A stretch of 64,000 nucleotides of DNA, from the NCBI GenBank assembly GCA_031459915.1, contig JAVKHO010000004.1, positions 64,001 through 128,000 on the forward strand, in the 5' to 3' direction. This document shows, piece by piece, positions 58,971 to 64,000 of this stretch. Made by a program: the position numbers and the translations under genes. The DNA comes from Candidatus Tepidifontimicrobium thermophilum (GTDB lineage Bacteria; Sysuimicrobiota; Sysuimicrobiia; Sysuimicrobiales; Sysuimicrobiaceae). Each line of letters opens with the position of its first letter. The first letter of the stretch is position 1. Below the pieces are notes generated by a model, which worked only from the letters and a program-made list of their open reading frames with translations, was not told where the DNA came from and searched no databases.

Positions 58971-60805
58971 GAGCCCTCCGGAGGGTCAGCGCACGCGGGG
59001 TGCAGGCGCTGGACGCCGTGGGCCAGCACCTCGGGGTGCCCGTCAAGTGGAAAGACCTCCGGCAGGCGGCAGAAGGCCTCCTGGGCCTTCTTCGGCTGGG
59101 TCCCTGGGGCGCCCTGGCCCTGGCCCTTTTCCTGGCGACCCTGGCCGGGTTCGCGGCGGTGCTACGGGAGCCTCCCGCGCAGCGGGCTCAGCCGCTGGGG
59201 ACGCCCGCCGGCCTCGCGTTGCTCGGCTGCATCGCCGCTGTCTCGTTCTCTCTTCTCCTGTCCGGGATCCGCTCCGCCCATCCCTCGGTCCGCTTCGTGG
59301 CCGGACTGTACGGCCTCTGGTATCTCCTCCTGCCCCCGGTGCTGGCTCTCCCTCGGTGGGTGGCGCTCCTGCCCGCCTGGGCTCTGTACGCGGTCGAAGC
59401 AGCCCGCCTGGCGGCCGACCGGAAAACACCCCTCTGGCTGATCCCCTGGGCTCTGCTGCTGGGACGTCTCAGCCCACCGCTGACGCGGCAGGTGTGGGCT
59501 TCCGTGACGGCCTGGGCCCTTCTGTACTTGGCGGTCGGCACCATTCTCTTCCGGACGGTACGTCGCCCTCCTCCGGAGCGTACGGTGCTGTTCTGGAGCA
59601 TGGCGGGAGTCTACGCCTGGGGTATTCTCCAGAGCCCCGGTCGGTTCGGCGAAGCCCTGCACATGGGCTACTCGGCCCTGTTCACCTTCCTCGGGCTGTT
59701 CTGGATGTGGCTGGCCGCGGACCTGGTGGACGACGCCTCGGAGCTCGCCGAGCGGGCGGTGGGCCGGCTGCGGAGGCTGCTGGGAGGCCGGTGGGGACGC
59801 TACGGGGTCAGCGGGGCTCTGGCGCTTGTGGGAGGCACATCCCTGTTGGCGGCCCTGCTGCCGCGGGTCGTACTGGAGGCCCTGCCGCTACCCGTCCTCC
59901 GGCTGGTGGCGAGGTTCCTCCAGAGCGCCTGGACGGACGGGCTGGCGGTGTGCGGTGCTTTGATGGTGTTCACGGGGGCCGCGACATGGCTGCGGGGGAC
60001 CCGGGATCCCGCGGACGCAGCCGCGGACGGCCTGGCCTCCGGAGTCGTCCTCGTTCTCGTCTACTGGGCCGGGACACAGGCGTGGGCCGGGCTGTCGGAA
60101 GTGGAGGAGCCGTCGGGCTGGTGGCCGCTCGTGCTGGCGTCGGCGCCCGTGCTGCTGGAGGAGTTCAAACAGACGGCCAAGGGGGTGAGGGAAGGCCCTG
60201 CGGCTGCAGCCCTGATGGTGGTGGCGGTGGCCCTCCTGGGGATCGCTGCCACCGCGTTCCAGTTCGTCTCGGACCCGCGCGAGGCTGTGCGGGACACCAC
60301 CCTCTACCCCTTTCTCGGAATGGTGCTGTGGGGGCTTCCACACCTCCTGGTCAGGCTGGTGGCTGGGTGGAACGCGCAGGTCCAGTCGGTTCGCCTGTTC
60401 CTGGTGGGCTACTCCTCGGCCCTGCCGGCGGCCCTCGTCTTCCCGGACCTCCGGAGCGGAGCACCGGCGCTGGCGGTGCTCCTGTGGCCGCTGGCCCTGC
60501 GCGTCAGTGGCCGGCCACGGGGTGACTCCCTCGGCCTGCGCGCGGCTTCCGGGATCTTGCTGGCGAGCGGGACGCTGGCGTTTTTCTACGAGCCCCTGCC
60601 CGTGCCGGTACCCTTCGCTCCTTGGACCGATGCGCTCATCCGGAGGCTTGGGGCAGTGCAGGCTACCGAGTGGCTGAGCTGGGCCCAGCTGGTGGCCTGG
60701 TTGGGAGCCGCCCTGGCCGGAGCGGCCTTCGCGGTCCTCGGCCGCGCGGGCTGGGCCGGTGCGGCGCTGCTGTGGGCCCTGTGGAACCGGCTCTTTCTCC
60801 GCTGA
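58967..60805 (+). CDS. Large polytopic membrane protein of unknown function; start approximate
   Basis: About 610 aa, many Trp/Leu-rich hydrophobic segments; TTGA overlap with copy E. Confidence 0.7.
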   Translation: MRALRRVSARGVQALDAVGQHLGVPVKWKDLRQAAEGLLGLLRLGPWGALALALFLATLAGFAAVLREPPAQRAQPLGTPAGLALLGCIAAVSFSLLLSGIRSAHPSVRFVAGLYGLWYLLLPPVLALPRWVALLPAWALYAVEAARLAADRKTPLWLIPWALLLGRLSPPLTRQVWASVTAWALLYLAVGTILFRTVRRPPPERTVLFWSMAGVYAWGILQSPGRFGEALHMGYSALFTFLGLFWMWLAADLVDDASELAERAVGRLRRLLGGRWGRYGVSGALALVGGTSLLAALLPRVVLEALPLPVLRLVARFLQSAWTDGLAVCGALMVFTGAATWLRGTRDPADAAADGLASGVVLVLVYWAGTQAWAGLSEVEEPSGWWPLVLASAPVLLEEFKQTAKGVREGPAAAALMVVAVALLGIAATAFQFVSDPREAVRDTTLYPFLGMVLWGLPHLLVRLVAGWNAQVQSVRLFLVGYSSALPAALVFPDLRSGAPALAVLLWPLALRVSGRPRGDSLGLRAASGILLASGTLAFFYEPLPVPVPFAPWTDALIRRLGAVQATEWLSWAQLVAWLGAALAGAAFAVLGRAGWAGAALLWALWNRLFLR

Positions 60806-60810
60806 CGGGT

Positions 60811-62397
60811 CTACCTCCTTACGAGCCTGCGGACCAGCTGCGCGGCCCGTCTTCCCGTCTGTGCGGCTCCGTTCATGTAGCCCTGGTAGTCGAGGCTGGT
60901 GTGCTCGCCCGCGAACAGGAGCCTGCCCACGGGCTCGAACTCTGCACCCGCGATGGTGGTGTACTGCCCCACCTTCCAGCACGCGTAACTGCCCCGCACG
61001 AAGGGGTCCGAGGGCCAGTGCCACCGCGCGACCCGGCCGGTGTAGGCCCCGCGAACTCCCGGGAAGACCCGCTCCAGGTCCGGGAGCACCCTCTGCGCCT
61101 GCTCGCGCGCCAGCCCCTCGCCCACATCCACGCCCGCCCGGCCGCCGAGGAACACGGTGTACGTGCCCGCCGTCCCCGGCCTTCCCCGGCTGCTGTCCCA
61201 CCCGGTCTGGAGCGGGAGGTCGGTGAACAGCTCGCCTGACGAATCTGCCTTGCGCCACGCCCGCTCCCGGAACCCGAGGATCAGTTTGCTGTTCGTGCCG
61301 TACCCCAGCTCCTGGATGGCGCGCCGCTTGACCGGCGGGAGGTCAACCTGCAGTTCCACCTCCCGCAGGAGGGTGAAGGGGACGGTGAGGATCACGAAGT
61401 CCGCGTCCGCCTCCACCACCCCCGCTCCCCGCCGCTCGAAAACCAGACGGTAACCGCCGCCCCGCGGCCGGACCGCCACCAGACGGTGACCCAGGTGCAG
61501 GGAGGATTGCAGGAGAAGGGCCAGCCGGTCGCAGACCTGCTGGTTCCCACCCCGCACGCTGTAGCGCTCGTCGCTGTCCCCGTAGACCTCAAACGTGGTG
61601 CTCGGCTCCGTGCCGATCAGGAGGACGAGGTTGAGAGCGGACTGTTCGCCCGCGTCCAGCCCGTACTCCGCGACGTACGCGACTTCCAGCAGCTCCTTCA
61701 CCCATCCGGAAGCTCCCACGCGGTCCAGGTACTCGGACACGGACATGCGATCCAGCTCCCGGGCCCGCGGGGTGTGCCGGCGGTAGGTGACGACGTCGCC
61801 CAAGGCGTCCTGGTCCTGCCGGATCCGTCGGGCGAGGGGCTGAAAGTTGCGCACGACCTCCGACTCGGAGATCCGACGGCCGTCGAAGTAGAAGGTGGGA
61901 CGCAGCCTGGCTTCCGAACCGTGCTGGAGGTCGATCAGCTCCAGACCCAGGGAGCGTACCAGACGGTGCATGTCCTCGTGGCCTGTGTCGATGAACTCCC
62001 CGCCGAATTCGGTCACCAGGCCCGGGACCACGGCTCCCGCCACGGAGAACATGCGGCCCCCTGTGCGGGTGCTGGCCTCGTAGATCCGGGGCCGGATCCC
62101 GGCTTGGCGCAGGGAGTAGCCGGCGACCAGTCCGGCGATCCCGGCGCCCACGATGACCACCCGCGGTGCCTGGGGTCCTGCTAGGGCTTCTGTAGGGCGC
62201 AGCAGCTCCGCAACAGCTGCCAGGGCCGCCCCACCCGCAGCCCGTAGGAACTCCCTGCGCCTGACCCGCCGCTCCCAGGTGGACTCCACCAGCTCCTCCA
62301 CACCTGGAGCTCCAGGCTGGTTCGCGAGGTCCGCAAGCCGCAGCCAGTGCCGTACCCAGGAGAACGTGACTGTCCGGGCACCGCCCTTTCCACGCAT
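60811..62397 (-). CDS. Flavin monoamine oxidase family protein with twin-arginine-like motif
   Basis: IVGAGIAGL, EAS.RTGGR, EFGGEFID, FAGEHTS...GYMNGA; RRREFL before a hydrophobic stretch. Confidence 0.88.
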   Translation of the reverse strand: MRGKGGARTVTFSWVRHWLRLADLANQPGAPGVEELVESTWERRVRRREFLRAAGGAALAAVAELLRPTEALAGPQAPRVVIVGAGIAGLVAGYSLRQAGIRPRIYEASTRTGGRMFSVAGAVVPGLVTEFGGEFIDTGHEDMHRLVRSLGLELIDLQHGSEARLRPTFYFDGRRISESEVVRNFQPLARRIRQDQDALGDVVTYRRHTPRARELDRMSVSEYLDRVGASGWVKELLEVAYVAEYGLDAGEQSALNLVLLIGTEPSTTFEVYGDSDERYSVRGGNQQVCDRLALLLQSSLHLGHRLVAVRPRGGGYRLVFERRGAGVVEADADFVILTVPFTLLREVELQVDLPPVKRRAIQELGYGTNSKLILGFRERAWRKADSSGELFTDLPLQTGWDSSRGRPGTAGTYTVFLGGRAGVDVGEGLAREQAQRVLPDLERVFPGVRGAYTGRVARWHWPSDPFVRGSYACWKVGQYTTIAGAEFEPVGRLLFAGEHTSLDYQGYMNGAAQTGRRAAQLVRRLVRR

Positions 62398-62473
62398 GGT
62401 CCCCTCCCTGTAAAGAAGGTGGGATCGCCCGCCCGTGCGAAGCAGGGTCGGCTCCAAGTCAACACGGAATCGC

Positions 62474-62489
62474 CTTAACGGGAGCTTAA
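62474..62489 (-). promoter_or_regulatory. Direct-repeat box 4 (TTAAG-N6-TTAAG)
   Basis: Minus strand TTAAGCTCCCGTTAAG, about 77 bp upstream of the amine oxidase ATG. Confidence 0.62.
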
Positions 62490-62523
62490 CGCCGGGGTGG
62501 GGACGTCTCGCCTCCGCGGCCTC

Positions 62524-62919
62524 CTACCGGTCCAGCGTCCCCGTCTGATACGCCCGCAGCATCAGGGCCGCCACCGTGAGGGAGACCAGGGCCACCGCCC
62601 GGGCCTCCCGGCCTGCCGGGATCGACGCACGAAGGAAGCCGCCGGGCCGCAGGCCGAAAGCCGCTACACCCCCCGCCAGGGACAAAAGCCCGTAGACCAA
62701 GTGGAGACTGTCCGGCGGTCTAGAACCCGACACGTAAAGGGCGACGCCCGACAGGCCCTGGACCACCACCATCGCCGCCGCGGGCAGGTAGACGCCCCAC
62801 AGCCAGCCGGGCAGCCGCCGCCGGGCGAGGTCCAGCGCGAACGCCGCGAGGAACACCGCGGCGTGAATTGCTACCGCGGCCCACAGGAGGGTCCGGAAGG
62901 CGTGCACCGCTGAAGCCAC
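62524..62919 (-). CDS. Hypothetical four-TM membrane protein
   Basis: Q...G..L...G.RP...LH.VYG pattern; hydrophobic; ends RAYQTG. Confidence 0.65.
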   Translation of the reverse strand: MASAVHAFRTLLWAAVAIHAAVFLAAFALDLARRRLPGWLWGVYLPAAAMVVVQGLSGVALYVSGSRPPDSLHLVYGLLSLAGGVAAFGLRPGGFLRASIPAGREARAVALVSLTVAALMLRAYQTGTLDR

Positions 62920-62956
62920 ACCGCGGAGTTCGGCGCCCGGCGCCCCACTCCTCCAG

Positions 62957-62992
62957 AAAAGACGCGGGGGAGGGCCTTGCGGCCCTCCCCCG
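62957..62992 (-). terminator. Rho-independent terminator of groEL
   Basis: 12-bp stem CGGGGGAGGGCC/GGCCCTCCCCCG with a 4-nt loop, followed by CGTCTTTT on the minus strand. Confidence 0.8.
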
Positions 62993-63009
62993 GCTGTCCG
63001 CCGTGCGCA

Positions 63010-64000
63010 CTAGGTCTTCTGTTCCTCCTCCTCCTTCTGCTCCACCACCAGGGCCTCCGTGGTGATGAGCAGACCGGCGATGGAGGCCGCGTTCTGGAGA
63101 GCCGAGCGCACTACCTTCGCGGGGTCCACGATCCCGGCCTTGAACATGTCCTCGAACTGGCCGGTGAGCACGTTGTAGCCCACGTTGGGGTCCTTCTGCT
63201 GCCGGACCTTCTCCACGATGATGGACCCCTCCTGACCGGCGTTCACCGCCAGCTGCTTCAGCGGCTCCTCCAGGGCGCGGCGGACGATGCTGGCGCCCAC
63301 GGCCTCGTCGCCCTCCAGCTTGAGCGCGTCCACCGCCTCCTGCGCCCGCACCAGGGCCACGCCGCCTCCGGGGACGATCCCCTCCTCCACCGCGGACCGC
63401 GTGGCCGAGAGGGCGTCCTCCACCCGGGTCTTCTTGTACTTCATCTCCGTCTCGCTGGCGGCCCCGATGCGGATCACCGCCACGCCGCCCACCAGCTTGC
63501 CCAGCCGCTCCTGGAGCTTTTCCCGGTCGTAGTCGGAGTCCGTCTCCTCGATCTGCTTGCGGATCTGCTGGATCCGCTTCTCGATCTCCTTCGGGTCGCC
63601 GGCGCCGCCGACGATGATGGTCTCCTCCTTCCGGACCCGGACCTGCTTGGCGCGGCCCAGCTGGGAGATGTCCGTGTTCTCCAGCTTGAGGCCCAGCTCC
63701 TCGCTGATCACGGTCCCGCCCGTGAGGATGGCGATGTCCTGCAGGATCGCCTTCCGCCGCTCCCCGAAGGCGGGCGCCTTCACCGCGCAGACGCTGAGGG
63801 TGCCCCGCAGCTTGTTCACCACCAGGGTGGCCAGGGCCTCCCCCTCCACGTCCTCCGCGATGACCAAAAGAGGCTTGCCCGTCTGGACGGTCCGCTCCAG
63901 CACGGGCAGGAGGTCCCGCACCGAGGAGACCTTCCGGTCGGTGATCAGGAGGTAGGGCTCCTCCAGCACCGCCTCCATCTTCTCGGGGTCGGTGACGAAG
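63010..64000 (-). CDS. groEL: Chaperonin GroEL (3' part; starts beyond the right edge)
   Basis: [61 protein letters not shown]. Confidence 0.97.
   Translation of the reverse strand, partial: FVTDPEKMEAVLEEPYLLITDRKVSSVRDLLPVLERTVQTGKPLLVIAEDVEGEALATLVVNKLRGTLSVCAVKAPAFGERRKAILQDIAILTGGTVISEELGLKLENTDISQLGRAKQVRVRKEETIIVGGAGDPKEIEKRIQQIRKQIEETDSDYDREKLQERLGKLVGGVAVIRIGAASETEMKYKKTRVEDALSATRSAVEEGIVPGGGVALVRAQEAVDALKLEGDEAVGASIVRRALEEPLKQLAVNAGQEGSIIVEKVRQQKDPNVGYNVLTGQFEDMFKAGIVDPAKVVRSALQNAASIAGLLITTEALVVEQKEEEEQKT

Noticed and set aside
44610..62950. PrsW region as an integrative element inserted at tRNA-Ile
   Set aside because: No integrase or transposase, and I found no duplicated tRNA 3' end; the adjacency alone is not enough.

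Overview
This is a very GC-rich bacterial chromosome segment; the gene content looks Terrabacteria-like and possibly thermophilic, which is inference only. It has four blocks. (1) 1-28.1 kb is a nearly continuous minus-strand catabolic gene run starting just downstream of tmRNA. It encodes TAXI-TRAP transport, a GntR regulator, two beta-hydroxyacid dehydrogenases, E1a/E1b/E2 of a 2-oxoacid/acetoin dehydrogenase, two M24-fold hydrolases with altered metal ligands, cupins, a nitrilase, an ALDH, an ACMSD-like amidohydrolase, a DHPON-hydrolase-like enzyme, an orphan molybdo-hydroxylase large subunit, lutABC and prpDBC. It also hides an AhpD/CMD-family selenoprotein (in-frame TGA in CxxU followed by a SECIS-like hairpin) and a deletion scar of an ABC importer. 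(2) 28.2-36.2 kb holds ssrA, smpB, moaC, moeA, pckA and an OmpR/PhoR-like two-component pair. (3) 36.2-44.7 kb holds a form I aerobic CO dehydrogenase (coxMSL; CoxM is fused in frame to an excisionase-like HTH), XdhC-YHS, a three-gene minus-strand unit and tRNA-Ile(GAT). (4) 44.7-62.9 kb is the most unusual block: five PrsW-family intramembrane protease paralogues (one with lost catalytic residues) interleaved with membrane-anchored PsbP-like and GCGCL-motif partner proteins, plus a MalT-like STAND/BTAD regulator. Four oriented TTAAK-N6-TTAAG boxes, one ahead of each candidate target unit, suggest a single regulon. The 3' part of groEL closes the window. No CRISPR array, rRNA, integrase or transposase was seen. 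Family assignments are from motif recognition by eye, not database searches.
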